Assembly (NCBI RefSeq): GCF_006345805.1
Contig: NC_043006.1
Coordinates: forward strand, 23,250,001 to 23,314,000
DNA: 64,000 nucleotides
Reading direction: 5' to 3'
Source of the DNA: Octopus sinensis
Lineage: Eukaryota
Under the pieces are notes generated by a model that saw nothing but the letters and a program-made list of their open reading frames with translations, ran no database searches and was not told the DNA's origin. Shown piece by piece: positions 12,433 to 24,927 of this stretch (positions are counted from its first letter, which is position 1; every line of letters begins with the position of its first letter). The position numbers were made by a program, and so were the translations under genes.

Positions 12433-12665
12433 CGTGTGTGTGTTTGTGTGTCTCTGTTTGTCCCCATAGCATTGCTTGACAACCGATGCTGGTGTTTTAT
12501 GTCCCCGTTACTTAGCGGTTCGGCAAAAGAGAGCGATAGAATAAGTACTGGGCTTACAAAAATAATAAGTCCCGGGGTCGAGTTGCTCGATTAAAGGCGG
12601 TGCTCCAGCATGGCCGCAGTCAAATGACTGAAACAAGTAAAAGAGTAAAAGAGTAAAAAGAGTAT
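12202..12665 (+). mobile_element. Full-length young SINE B
   Basis: ggcgcaggagtggctgtgtggt (A-box), gggttcagtccc (B-box), internal (TA)n(TG)n, (AAAAGAGT)n tail. Confidence 0.95.
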
Positions 12666-13504
12666 AACCGGAATATAATTCTTTACACCTATAAATATAT
12701 CTGTGTGGGTTCGTGTTTATGAGTTTAACACAATAACATAAAAAGCGATGAGTAAAAAAAAGATACCTTGGGCACCCAATTAAATATAAATCTTCCACAT
12801 GTAAAAACATAGACGAGGAAACCGAAAAACTGGTGAATTCGAACGAAGTCCCCTTTGATATTTCTTCTGCATGGAGTTATCCAGTCACTTCCTTGACACT
12901 ATGACCGTCGGAAACTTATAATTAACGATACTATGTTCCAATAATTGCCCTACAAAATATATTAATTAAATAACAAAAGTGCATAACGAAGGAGTGAACA
13001 TGCGAGTAGGGTAAGAAGGGGCGAGCGCACGCGCGTGTGCGTTTGCCTGAGTTAGTATCTGCAACTATATTAGTGTATGTGCCGGTGAACATGTGTTTAA
13101 ATACGCATACTTGGAATATGTGTGTACGCGAATATATATGTTTGGGTTTGATGCTTACATAGGCATGAAGCCAAATATTTGTAGAGAATTTACAGACTTT
13201 ATTAAAGAATTTTATATTTTATCAGAGCCAGAATAATGAAAGGCAAAACAATTTCGGCAGGATTTGAACTGAAAGATGTTGTTATATACATCTTATTGTA
13301 AACCGTCACTCGTATTTAAAATTAAGATTCCAAACATAAGCACAAGGGCACAGTTGAGAACGGAGTATACAGTCGTTTAAATCACCCTTAGTTTTTAAAT
13401 CAACATCATTGATAGATGATGGCATCGGTGGGTCTTAAACTCAGAGGGCAAACGGACGTAACAAAATTATGCTCATGCCTCTGTAGTGCATTTCAATAAT
13501 TCGT

Positions 13505-13648
13505 TTCTAATTTTGGCCCAAGACCAGCAGTTTTTGGAAGAAAGAGCAATTCAATTACATTCACCCTTATACTTGACTAGCACTTTATTTTCTCGACACT
13601 GAAAGGATGAAAGGCAATGTCGCTCGGCGGGATTTGTACTGAGAATGC
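13505..13648 (-). mobile_element. Decayed SINE A2, host of the next insertion
   Basis: gaaaggatgaaaggcaa...cggcgggatttgtactgagaa. Confidence 0.6.
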
Positions 13649-13668
13649 ATCACTACTGATTCTAGCTG

Positions 13669-13903
13669 TAAAGGCGGCGAGCTGGCAGAAACGTTAGCAC
13701 GCCGGGCGAAATGCGTAGCCGTATTTCGTCTGTCGTTACGTACTGAGTTCAAATTCCGCCGAGGTCAACTTTGCCTTTCATCCTTTCGGGGTCGATAAAT
13801 TAAGTACCAGTTACGCACTGAGGTTGATGTAATCGACTTAATCCGTTTGTCTGTCCTTGTTTGTCCCCTCTGTGTTTAGCCCCTTGTGGGTAGTAAAGAA
13901 ATA
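13669..13903 (+). mobile_element. Full-length SINE A with 17-bp TSD
   Basis: TSD actactgattctagctg at 13652-13668 and 13904-13920; tRNA-like head ggcggcgagctggcagaa, B-box gagttcaaattcc. Confidence 0.96.
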
Positions 13904-13947
13904 ACTACTGATTCTAGCTGCTATGAATTTTAAAATTTCTCTCTAAT

Positions 13948-14136
13948 TTGGGCATAAAGCCAGCGGTTTTATGAGGAAGAACAAGTCGATTACTTAAATG
14001 GTACTTTATTTTATCAACCCTGATAAGATGAAAAACAAAGTTGACCTCAGCAGGTTTTGAACACCGAACGTAAAGAGCCGGAAGAAATACCGCTATTTTG
14101 TCCAGCGCGCTAACGATTCTACCAGCTCACCACCTT
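13948..14136 (-). mobile_element. Decayed SINE A2
   Basis: Ends with gctaacgattctaccagctcaccacctt, the reverse complement of the head. Confidence 0.75.
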
Positions 14137-14960
14137 GAAGAAAGATAAACTTACAAATCCTGCTTATCTAGGACTTTGTGGAATCGGTCGGATTAACGTG
14201 TAAAAATGTTATAAATTTAGTGTAATAAAACAGCTATGTGAAATACATTAAAAATATCCACAGAAAAAAAATAACACCTAAACAAACACAAAAATAATGA
14301 AAAATTATTAAAACGATATATTCTTCTTAATTACAGGAAGAAAGAAGAAATAAAACAGCTACATCAACAACTATTTACGGGAATTGAACAGAGATCTTGT
14401 GTTGGAGTGAAATCATTTCACGTTCAGACATTTCCGAGTCAACAGGAGAGGGAGGTAGCAGAAGGGTTGGGAATTAGGGTGTAAATAAAACAAAAAGGAA
14501 AAAAAGACGGGTTCAAATAGCGAAAACCTCAAAGGGGTAGAAAAAAAAAACCCCCATCCAACCGCCTCCAATGAAAAGCTTAAAAAGTTATAAAAACTAA
14601 AATGAAGAAAACAGACGACCGCATTTCTAAGTCATTTCTAGTACAAAACACTAAAATTGCTTGCTTCCTGGGTCGGCAGCACATACACGCACGCACGTGC
14701 ACATACACACACATATACATTATTATTATATATATAATATATTTATATATATCTATATATATATATATATATAATATATATATATATATATACATATATA
14801 CATACATATACATATACATAACATATACATACATATATATTATATAAATATATATATACGTATACATACATACACACACATATTCATATATATATGTGTG
14901 TGTGTGTGTATGTATATATACATATACATGTATTCATATACATGTATATCATATATATAT

Positions 14961-14991
<31 letters not shown>

Positions 14992-15459
14992 TATATACAT
15001 ATATAATATATATATTATATGTAAAAACACAAACGCACACACACATATATACTTATATAGGCTAGTATAAGCAACCGCTCGGCCGATCGCTGTTTACACC
15101 CACTCGCCAGAATACTTTGATACTCTTTTCATCCTTTATTTTCGTTCTGTTTCCCCTCAAATAACATTTAAAACAGAAAACTTCCATCTGTGATTCTTAT
15201 TAATAAACTAAATCATACTGATATATATTTATTGCAGCTACTATTCAACGCAGAAACCATAAACGTGACTGCTTTAAAGAACACACACGTTCATATATGT
15301 CTGTGTGTGTTGAAAGGGAGGAAGAGAGACGCATAGAAGATAGTGAAAGAGCGAGAAGGGGGGACACAAACTTTTGTATACCGACGGGGCTCCTTTTTGC
15401 TAAACACACACATACACACACACACACACACACAACACGTTTTAGCTTTTATATTATAC

Positions 15460-15641
15460 CCGTTTGTAGTCATTAGACAGCGGCTAAGCTGGGGCATCGC
15501 TCTGAGTTTTCAGTCGAACGAATCGACCCCAGTGCTTTTTTAAAGCCTGGTACTTTTTCTATTAGTTATTTTGCCGAACCGCTACTTTACGGAGACGTAA
15601 ACACACCAACACCGGTTGACGAGCGGTGATGGAGGGACAAG

Positions 15642-15672
<31 letters not shown>

Positions 15673-15810
15673 GACGGGCTTCTTTCAGTTTCCGTCTACC
15701 AAATCCACTCACAAGGTTTTGGTCGGCCTGAGGGTATAGTAGACACTTACTCAAGGTGCCACGCATGTGATTGGGAAGCAAGCTCCTTACTACACTGCCA
15801 TTCCTGCGCT
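15460..15810 (-). mobile_element. SINE B
   Basis: Reverse complement of the family consensus seen at 12202. Confidence 0.88.
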
Positions 15811-15819
15811 ATATATATA

Positions 15820-15960
15820 GTAAGTAGCTAGCTTACACATGGTCCCAGGTTCAGTCCCACTGCGTGGCACCATGGGCAATTGTCTTCTACTATAGCCTCG
15901 GGCCGAGCAAAGTCTTCTGAGTGGATTTGTTTGGCGGAAACTGAAAGAAGCTCGTCGTAT

Positions 15961-16016
<56 letters not shown>

Positions 16017-16175
16017 CATGTGTGTGTGTGTTTGTGTGTCTGTGATTGTTCCCAAATCGCTTGACAATCGATGTTGGTGTGTTTACATCCTCGTAACTTA
16101 GCAGTTCGGCAAAAGAAACGTATAGAATAAGTAGTAGGTTTACAAAGAATAAGTCCTGGGATCGATTCGTTAAAC
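15820..16175 (+). mobile_element. SINE B, truncated at both ends
   Basis: ggttcagtcccactgcgtggcacc...gatcgattcg. Confidence 0.88.
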
Positions 16176-16216
16176 CCCCACAAAATATTCTTTCTCGCTA
16201 ACACCCAAAATATTCT

Positions 16217-16255
16217 AACATTTGCTGAGATGGATTCATGGAAACCGGTTATGTT
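16217..16255 (+). ncRNA. Decayed minimal hammerhead motif
   Basis: AACAT-TTGCTGA-GATG(gatt)CATG-GAA-ACCGGT-T-ATGTT: perfect stem I and palindromic stem III; three substitutions from a canonical core/stem II. Confidence 0.45.
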
Positions 16256-16256
16256 T

Positions 16257-16312
16257 TATTAAACATTCCCTAAGATATACTTCTGTGCATTTTCCAACTA
16301 AATTTACACTTT

Positions 16313-16381
<69 letters not shown>

Positions 16382-16437
16382 AAAGTGTAAATTTAGTTGG
16401 AAAATGCACAGAAGTATATCTTAGGGAATGTTTAATA
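16257..16437. repeat. ~180-bp near-perfect palindrome centred on (TA)n
   Basis: ~60-bp unique arms are reverse complements (one indel); the spacer is self-complementary (TA)n. Confidence 0.92.
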
Positions 16438-16643
16438 ATATATATATTCACACAGAAGGGAACGGGTGCATGTGAACATATATATATATGTGTGTGAGTG
16501 TGTGTTGTAATGCGGAAATTCAGGTATAATTTAAAGTTATTTACTTTCTTACACAGTATTTATAGTCTGTGAACATTATGACTTAAAACACATGTAGGTA
16601 TATAAATGTAAATAGAAAATATAGACAGAAGTCGATGCAGCTC

Positions 16644-16687
<44 letters not shown>

Positions 16688-16929
16688 CTCTATCTATCTC
16701 TCTACCTGTGTACACTCACACATACACACATATATATTATCCATATGCACATATAATTGCACACATGCGCACGCACACACACACATGTACGTATAATATT
16801 GAATATGGGTAAGGCCACTTTATGGGATTACCTTAGGTTTAAGTAATCTCATAAACCGACCTTCCCTATTTTTAATATATACTGCTCTACATTCTAGAGT
16901 GTGCTTCTTCTTTCGGATTTGTTTTTACA

Positions 16930-16988
16930 GACGATATATATATATATATATTCATTTATATACATGCACACTCACACAAATGCATATG

Positions 16989-17034
<46 letters not shown>

Positions 17035-17118
17035 TATACGTATATATACATATATATATTATGCATATGTATATATTATATATATATATATACATGCATA
17101 TATATATATGTATTATAT

Positions 17119-17174
<56 letters not shown>

Positions 17175-17375
17175 TATACATACATATACATATATATATT
17201 ATGCATGTGTATATATATATATAATATATCGGGTGTATATATATATATATACACGCCACACACACACACATTTATTCATATATGTATGTATGTATGTATA
17301 TGTATGTATGTATGCATACATGCATGTATGTATGCATGTATGTATGTGCACATGCATGCATGTATGGCATACTAT
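16930..17375. repeat. (TA)n/(CA)n/(TATG)n compound tract
   Basis: Directly visible. Confidence 0.9.
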
Positions 17376-17641
17376 ATTGTCTTCATAAAATTGTGAAAAG
17401 ATAAGTATATTAATCAAATTCCCAAATAATCTGATTTTCAAATTATTTTTGCACTTTTAAAATGTGTATATTTGATATGAATATGAATATATATCAATGT
17501 AAATAAATAGGGATAGAATAGATTCATATATATATCAATAAATATGTGTGTGTGTGTGTCTGTGAGTGTGTGAATATTTTCACAAAAATATACATATCAT
17601 ATATAAACACACGCGTATTTATAGGGGTCTATAAATATAAT

Positions 17642-17856
17642 GTTTTACTCTTACTTGTTTCAGTCATTTGAATGCGGCCATGGCGATGCACCACCTCGAA
17701 GGATTTTGGTCGAACAAATAAACCCCAGTTTTAATTCTAGTATTTATTCTATCGAACTCTTGTACCGAACCACTAAGTTACGGGGACGTAAACACACCAA
17801 CACCTGTTGTCAAACGGTGATGCGGGGACAAGCACAGACACGAAGACACACACATA

Positions 17857-17914
<58 letters not shown>

Positions 17915-17961
17915 ATAAAAATGGTAAAGAACAAATATATGTGTGCGTGAATGTCTGTATG

Positions 17962-17995
<34 letters not shown>

Positions 17996-18130
17996 CGTGT
18001 GTGTGTGTGTGTGTGTACGACAGACTTCTTTCAGTTTTCGTCTACCAAATTCTGTCACAAGGCTTTGGTCGGCCCGAGCATATAAGGAAAAACACCATGT
18101 AGTTGGAAAGCAATATCTTACCACATAGAA
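17642..18130 (-). mobile_element. SINE B with an expanded, interrupted internal microsatellite
   Basis: Tail at 17642-17860, head remnant at 18015-18130. Confidence 0.8.
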
Positions 18131-18139
18131 ACAAGTATA

Positions 18140-18142
18140 CAT

Positions 18143-18196
<54 letters not shown>

Positions 18197-18333
18197 GTAT
18201 GTGTATATATACATACATATATATATACATATGAAATATATTTTATATATATGCATATATATATATATATCTGTATGTGTATATATACATACATATATAT
18301 ATACATATGATATATTTTATATATATGCATATA

Positions 18334-18389
<56 letters not shown>

Positions 18390-18552
18390 ACACATACATA
18401 TATATGAGTATATATATATGTATATGTATATATATATTATATATATATATATATATATATTATAATATTATATATATGTATATAAATGAATACATATGTA
18501 TATATATGAATATATACATGTGCATGTATTTATATTTATATATATATATGTA

Positions 18553-18599
<47 letters not shown>

Positions 18600-18600
18600 T
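18140..18600. repeat. Degenerate (TA)n tract
   Basis: Directly visible. Confidence 0.9.
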
Positions 18601-18896
18601 CATTGAGGTGTGTTCTGTAAGAACGTATAAGAGTACAAATAGTGCTCATTCACCCTTAGAATTCCCAAATAGCCGGTATAAATTATAATTATTATTATTC
18701 TCTCTCTCTAAACCCATTTTTTACCGCCTTCACGTATGTATGGGAGTGTGCATTTCTGATGGAGCGTTCAACGATATAAATATGTACATGTAAATAAGTA
18801 GATAAATGTATAAGCGTCTATGTATAAATGTGGATGTGTTTATTGATATGTAGGTGAGTATATGTATTTATGTGTGCATCTGAATATATGTACATA

Positions 18897-19298
18897 GGCG
18901 CAGGTGTGGCTGTGTGGTAAGTAGCTTGCTTACCAGCCACATGGATCCGGGTTCAGTCCCACTGCGTGGCATCTTGGTCAAGTGTCTTCTACTATAGCCT
19001 CGGGCCGACCAAAGCCTTGTGAGTGGATTTGGTAGACGGAAACTGAAAGAAGCCCGTCGTAAATATGTATATATATATGTATGTGTGTGTGTATGTCTGT
19101 GTGTTTGTGTTTGTCCCCCTAGCATTGCTTGACAACCGATGCTTGTGTGTTTACGTCCCCGTAACTTAGCGGTTCGGCAACAGGGACCGATAGAATAAGT
19201 ACTGGGCTCACAAAGAATAAGTCCCGGGGTCGATTTGCTCGACTAAAGGTGGTGCTCCAGCATGGCCGCAGTCAAATGACTGAAACAAGTAAAAGGAG
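18897..19298 (+). mobile_element. Full-length young SINE B
   Basis: Near-identical to 12202 outside the microsatellite. Confidence 0.95.
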
Positions 19299-19710
19299 AA
19301 AAAAATATATATATATTTTTATATATAAGCATGTATGTATGTACGTGTCTGCGTGTGAGTGTAAGTGTGTGCGTATGTGTGTATGTATGGAAACACTCAG
19401 TGATGTATGGTATATCGGTGTGTAAGTGATTGTATAAGTATGAGCCAATGGATCAATGTATTTTACGAAATAGTGCAGTTTGGCATGTACAGAAGAACAT
19501 GTTGAAACTGAATAAATATACAGACAACGTGCACATTGCAGCTCATGTCGAACGTGATAACACACTCATATCGAGCGAATTGAAACCGTCAACGTTTGTT
19601 AGTTTCAAAGAAGAAGCCATGGATGTTGTAGTATGGAAATCTAGATTTACTTACTCTTCTTTTTGGCTCTTTTATTGTCTACTTATTGTCTATATATATA
19701 TATATATATA

Positions 19711-19884
19711 AATTAGAAAAAAACCCACCTTTTATCAATTCAATAATGAAAAATTAAATTATACCATTTAGAAAAATTACATCTTATAGAAAGATTAAAT
19801 ATAAGATAAAACATATAACAATGATTAAGTACAATTTAAGTTTTCATTATTGAATTGATAAAAGGTGGGGTTTTTTTCTAATTT
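19711..19884. mobile_element. Small fold-back insert within (TA)n
   Basis: 42-bp arms 19711-19752 and 19841-19884 (one indel), flanked by TA runs. Confidence 0.75.
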
Positions 19885-19908
19885 ATATATATATATATTA
19901 TATATATA

Positions 19909-19947
<39 letters not shown>

Positions 19948-20019
19948 TAATCTTTTGTGAAATTTGATTTAGTATTTCTAATTGAATTTTTCCCTGTAAG
20001 TTTGGAATATACATATATG

Positions 20020-20051
<32 letters not shown>

Positions 20052-20238
20052 CTATATATATATATATACATACATACATATATATATATACACACACACA
20101 TATATGTGTGTGTGTATACATATATATGTGTATACACATAGATATATACACACACATCTATGTATGTATGTTTGTGTATATATATATATGTATACACATA
20201 TATAGATAGATAGATAGATAGATACATACATACATACA

Positions 20239-20271
<33 letters not shown>

Positions 20272-20414
20272 TCAGAAGTTCACCTGCAACCAGGTAGTTT
20301 CGAGCTCAGGCCCTGTGCACAGTGCTTTGGTCAAATATTCAGCTTATTAAATCAAGCAGACCAATAATTTGTAAATGAATTTGATACATGGAAAGTGTGT
20401 GAAATCCTGTCATT

Positions 20415-20463
<49 letters not shown>

Positions 20464-20614
20464 TGTGTGTGTGCGTGCGCGTGCGCGTGTGTGTGTATGT
20501 GCGTGTGTGTGTGTGTGTGTGTGTAGTTAAAATTTACAGAAAACAAAAGACGAAGACAGGTGTAGGAACAACAAACAGGTGTATTAGTTTCAGGCTCGGG
20601 AAGAATGGCAAAGA

Positions 20615-20650
20615 CTTTTACGTTTTGAGCCTACGCTCTTCGACAGAAAG
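20615..20650 (-). ncRNA. Decayed or variant minimal hammerhead motif
   Basis: rc: CTTT-CTGTCGA-A-GAGC(gtag)GCTC-AAA-ACGT-A-AAAG; all three stems present, but A6>U and G12>A. Confidence 0.45.
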
Positions 20651-20944
20651 TATTAAGAGGAAAAAAATGAGCAGAGAATGAAAAGAAAAAAAAAACGAGA
20701 GAAAAAAATAAGTAGAGATTAATTGTTCAACGCGATGAAATATATGTGTATATATTGTGTATGATATATATATACATACACAAACACACACACATACACA
20801 AACACATATACGCACACATAAACTTATACACACACAAAAACGGATTGTAAGTGCACAGAATCAACCCGAGTCTTAAATAACAATAAAATCAAAATAATGA
20901 GAATAGATACTTGTCTGGAAGTGATTTGATGTGAGTACAATGAA

Positions 20945-21560
20945 TACATTTATCTAGGACAGAAATGATAATCTCTCAGCTCAGAGAGGCATCTCGATCC
21001 CTTCTTATCAAAATATCATTCACAAAGAGGTGAAGAAATACTGAAAATGCAAGCATCCAGGGCAGTGCTTTTCAGCATTTTTGCTGGAGCGGAACCCCAA
21101 GGAAACATTCCACTGGCTCGAGGAACCCCTGTGCAATAATTTAATAGTCTTATGCACGCATATCTGCACAGAAGACTTAAAAATTACTGCCGATTTTAGC
21201 AGTTTTGTAACTTCTTGCGGAACCCCTGGACTGTACTAGCGGAACCCTAAGGTTTCGCGGAACCCTGGTTGAAAACCACTGATCTAGGGAGTTGACAGAT
21301 ACTCAATAATTGATGTGGCGTGCTCCTTTGACCCACGAATAGACAAAAAAGAAGGCGAAAAAGTAGACATATAAAAATAAACATAATCCTCTTGAATAAG
21401 AGATAACTCGACAGTAGAAAATGAAGAAGGTGAAGAGAGTGCCAAATATTGTTGGGTCCTTGGGGAAATGAAAACAGAGTACTCAGTACCGCTGCTACGA
21501 GATGTTTGCCTCCATGGCATGGCCAGAATCACCAGGAAAGTATTAGATAGTTGTAAAGAA
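20945..21560 (+). mobile_element. R4/Dong-like RLE LINE 3' fragment plus shared flank, interrupted by a hAT MITE
   Basis: IIDVACSFDPRIDKKEGEK...LLRDVCLHGMARITRKVLD in shifted frames. Confidence 0.8.
21063..21281. mobile_element. 219-bp hAT MITE
   Basis: TIR cagtgcttttca / rc cagtggttttca; 8-bp TSD atccaggg/atctaggg; five internal ggaaccc subterminal repeats. Confidence 0.92.
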
Positions 21561-22119
21561 CAGGTAGCATGGTACCGTGAGCTGCAGGTTGCAAACCCGC
21601 TACGAATGCATTTTCCAACAAAACCCGAGTTAAAAGAATAACAACAACAAATGAGTAAAGGAGATAAATAAAGCAATAGAACAATAAACTACTTGTTAGC
21701 CACAATCACAACAACAATAACAATAATAGGCATTGAAACGTAAAAATGTAAATAAACAAAACTGTATATATACTGTTTATGCGTGTAAATGATAAAACGA
21801 TAAACTAAAAATAATTTAAAAGACATTGTCAAAATTTGCAGGCATTGTCATACATGCAATAAAGACAGCCACTGCACTTGTAGCATTAGGGAACAGCTTT
21901 ACTTGTGTGTGCATATATATATATATATATATATGCACATGCTTGGGTGTTAGTCATTCTATCTGTGTGATATGTTAGTCTCATAATTCACACACAAACA
22001 TAAACAGGTATGAGTAAACGCTCACATGATCAGAGAAATCAATATGATTGTCCGTGTTTATGTCTATGTGTGAACACAAAGAAAATACAACTATAAATCG
22101 GAATATAAAGATTAATTAA

Positions 22120-22530
22120 TACATTTATCAAGGACAGAAATGAAAATCTCTCATTTCAGAGAGACATCTCGATCTCTTCTTATCAAAATATCATTCACAA
22201 AGAACTGGAGAAATTCTGAAAATGCAAGGATCTAGAGACTCAATAATTGATGTTGCGTGTCCCTTTGACCCACGAATAGACAAGAAAGAAGGCGAAAACA
22301 TAGATATATAAAAATAGACAAAATCTCCTTGAAGAGATAGCTCGACAGTAGATAATGAAGAAGGTGAAGATAGTGCCAATTATTGTTGGGTCCTTGGGGA
22401 CAGTAACAGAAAGCATCAAGTGTAATATAAAAGAAATAGAAACAGAGTACCAGGTAGAACTGTTACGAAATGTTTGCCTCCACAGCATGACCAGAATCAC
22501 CAGGGAAATATTAGATAACTACTATTATCT
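22120..22530 (+). mobile_element. Paralogous R4-like RLE fragment lacking the MITE
   Basis: MKKVKIVPIIVGSLGTV...VELLRNVCLHSMTRITREILD; begins with the same aatacatttatc sequence as 20945. Confidence 0.85.
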
Positions 22531-22671
22531 ACAGAGATATATAATGAAACACAAATAGACCCATCTGTGTTTGGCTGAAACCACTTGCTAAATATTGGAT
22601 CGATGCGAAATGTTAAGTGGTGGTGCGTCACATATTCGCTTATAGTAAGTCGAAGGTCGGTGCTGAAATAA

Positions 22672-22960
22672 GCAGTCACTCGCCTCAAACTAGAGTCTCT
22701 CGCAGTCAATCGCGTCAAACTAGAGTCTCTCGCAGTCAATCGCGTCAAACTAGAGTCTCTCGCAGTCAATCGCGTCAAACTAGAGTCTCTCGCAGTCAAT
22801 CGCGTCAAACTAGAGTCTCTCGCAGTCAATCGCGTCAAACTAGAGTCTCTCGCAGTCACTCGCGTCAAACTAGAATCTCTCGCAGTCAATCGCGTCAAAC
22901 TAGAGTCTCTCGCAGTCAATCGCGTCAAACTAGAGTCTCTCGCAGTCAATCGCGTCAAAC
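22672..22960. repeat. 30-bp minisatellite, ~9.6 copies
   Basis: Unit cgcgtcaaactagagtctctcgcagtcaat; few variant bases. Confidence 0.97.
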
Positions 22961-23414
22961 GGAAATAAATTTTTTTGACCTGATATTATTTATATGTATT
23001 TTAAAAAGACACAAAAACTTCATACAACATATACTTTGCACAATAATCACTCAATGAAATAACAATCATACATAACGGACATCCGATACTATATTACCTG
23101 CAATTCACATTCTAGACAGTTTCAACCCACACAGTACATACACACACAGTCACACCACACAAAATAACACAACTTACGCAATATATATTATATAATATGC
23201 ACAACTAAAATATCAGAAACCATAAAACCAATTTTTCAACAAAGCAAAACTGATAGACCAGATCAAATGCAATTCTACACAAATTTCAGAAGCACAGAGG
23301 CGCAACTGGCGAAGTGTTTATGATACCGTTGAAATGATAATGATTATGATGATGATGTAGTTGTTGTTGGTGGTGTTGTTGTTGTTGTCGGTAATGGTGG
23401 TGGTGATGCTGAGC

Positions 23415-23585
23415 AGCAATTAGTTCGTCTTTACGTTTTGAAATCGAATTTCACCAAGATCGACTTTGCCTTTCGTTTCTTTGGGGTCGATAACATAAAT
23501 AGTAGTTGAGCACTGGGGTCGATATAATCGACTTACCCTCCCCTCAAAATGCTAGCCTTGTGCCAAAATTTGAAGCTATCATTAT
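23415..23585 (+). mobile_element. SINE A2 3' part
   Basis: gactttgccttt...ggggtcgata...ccctcccctcaaaatgctagccttgtgccaaaatttgaa. Confidence 0.8.
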
Positions 23586-23589
23586 TTTT

Positions 23590-23780
23590 TTATGAAAACT
23601 CTCAGCTTATTTTGTTGGATATGATGGAAAGTGTTATGCGGATAATGGATTACTACCTGTAACCTTAGGTATCCACAAGTTTTCAGCAGTCTTTCAAATT
23701 CTTAGAACCTTCCTGATAATCCTTGCTGTCCCTCGCAGACAAACTTTCTGTAGGAGCTCTACTGAGCATTCTATGTTGTT
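23590..23780 (-). mobile_element. Extreme 3' end of an R4-like LINE
   Basis: IECSVELLQKVCLRGTARIIRKVLRI* then 3' UTR; its 5' junction lies in an AAT/AAC/GAT repeat. Confidence 0.8.
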
Positions 23781-23792
23781 GTTGTAGCTATT

Positions 23793-23830
<38 letters not shown>

Positions 23831-23846
23831 TATTATTATTATTATC

Positions 23847-24390
23847 ATTGAGTGAGAGAGCAGTGCATACCATCAAAGTGACACTGGGGTAAAATATACG
23901 AAGCCCAGTATACTCATCATGACTTCCTGTCTGATAAGGGTACACTAGGCACATGCATCACAACCATATGTGCGCGACATGGTAATCTCATATCAAGATA
24001 AACAGCACATGACCTTGCAGGTGGGGCCCAGTTAGAATTTTCTTCTGGTCGAGTAACCTATCCCGTTCAAAAGGTTCCTGTATAATGGTTGTTTAAGGAT
24101 GTTGAACGAAACACCCATGTTTCCAAAGGTGAATTATTCAAACCCCAAAGAATTCCTCTCAACACATGGCTATGATGCTCCCCCACTACTTCTGCTCGTG
24201 ATCACAGATTCACATATCGTCAGCCCCTAAGGGACATACTCAACTGGTTACGGTCAAACAACTAACAAGCAAATCTGTAGTATTGAGCAGAATATTTGCT
24301 GTAGCCCATCTTTTATACCAAGACAAGACAATGTACATGATAAGACTTCCAATCAGTTAAGATCAGAAGCCACGAGAGTCACTGCTCCCG
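23847..24390 (-). mobile_element. Unclassified ~550-bp probable retroposon ending in an (AAT)n(GAT)n tail
   Basis: GC-richer block with a sharp edge; on minus it ends gcactgctctctcactc followed by trinucleotide runs. Single copy here, so class is not shown. Confidence 0.4.
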
Positions 24391-24927
24391 AAACATGATA
24401 AGCAAAGTCAAATGTCGGTAGGACACCAAACGAACTAAACTTGACACGGAAATAAAGAGAATACTTCACCCAAAATCTGACATAGAACGACTATATTTAC
24501 CACGAATGCAACGTAGCACATGGTCTTATAAAACAAGAAAAAAATTACAAAACATCTACTGAAGTACTACAAAAATACCTGGCACAGAATCATAGAAAAT
24601 GAATGGAAAATACTACGAAATATAATAAGCAAAACAAAAACTATTTTTTCTACATAATGACAACACACTTAACCTTTTGCTTGTCCAAAGCATTTCCATA
24701 AGTTTGTCCTAAACATCCACGATTGTTTTAATAAACTCCTGTTCTACACGGTCTGAGTAATCTAAAGGTTTTCTTTCATAAGTCTCTAGTTACACTGGTT
24801 GTTGAAGTAAAATTGAGAATGTGTATTATATATGATGCATGGATGCCAGGGAAATATGTCCTGCGCATCACGTGATATATACAGGACAGGCAAGAGGTTC
24901 ATGATGGGTGTATATACATATATATCT

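Noticed and set aside
15061-15090. Possible Helitron 3' end on minus (hairpin then CTAG)
   Set aside because: Followed by C rather than T, lacks the GCAACGCC loop, and no 5' end was found.
19430-19711. 93-aa ORF MYKYEPMDQCILRNS...
   Set aside because: No motif or splice support; it runs into (TA)n; the length is within chance.
22672-22960. CRISPR array
   Set aside because: Units are contiguous with no unique spacers, the context is eukaryotic, and there are no cas genes.
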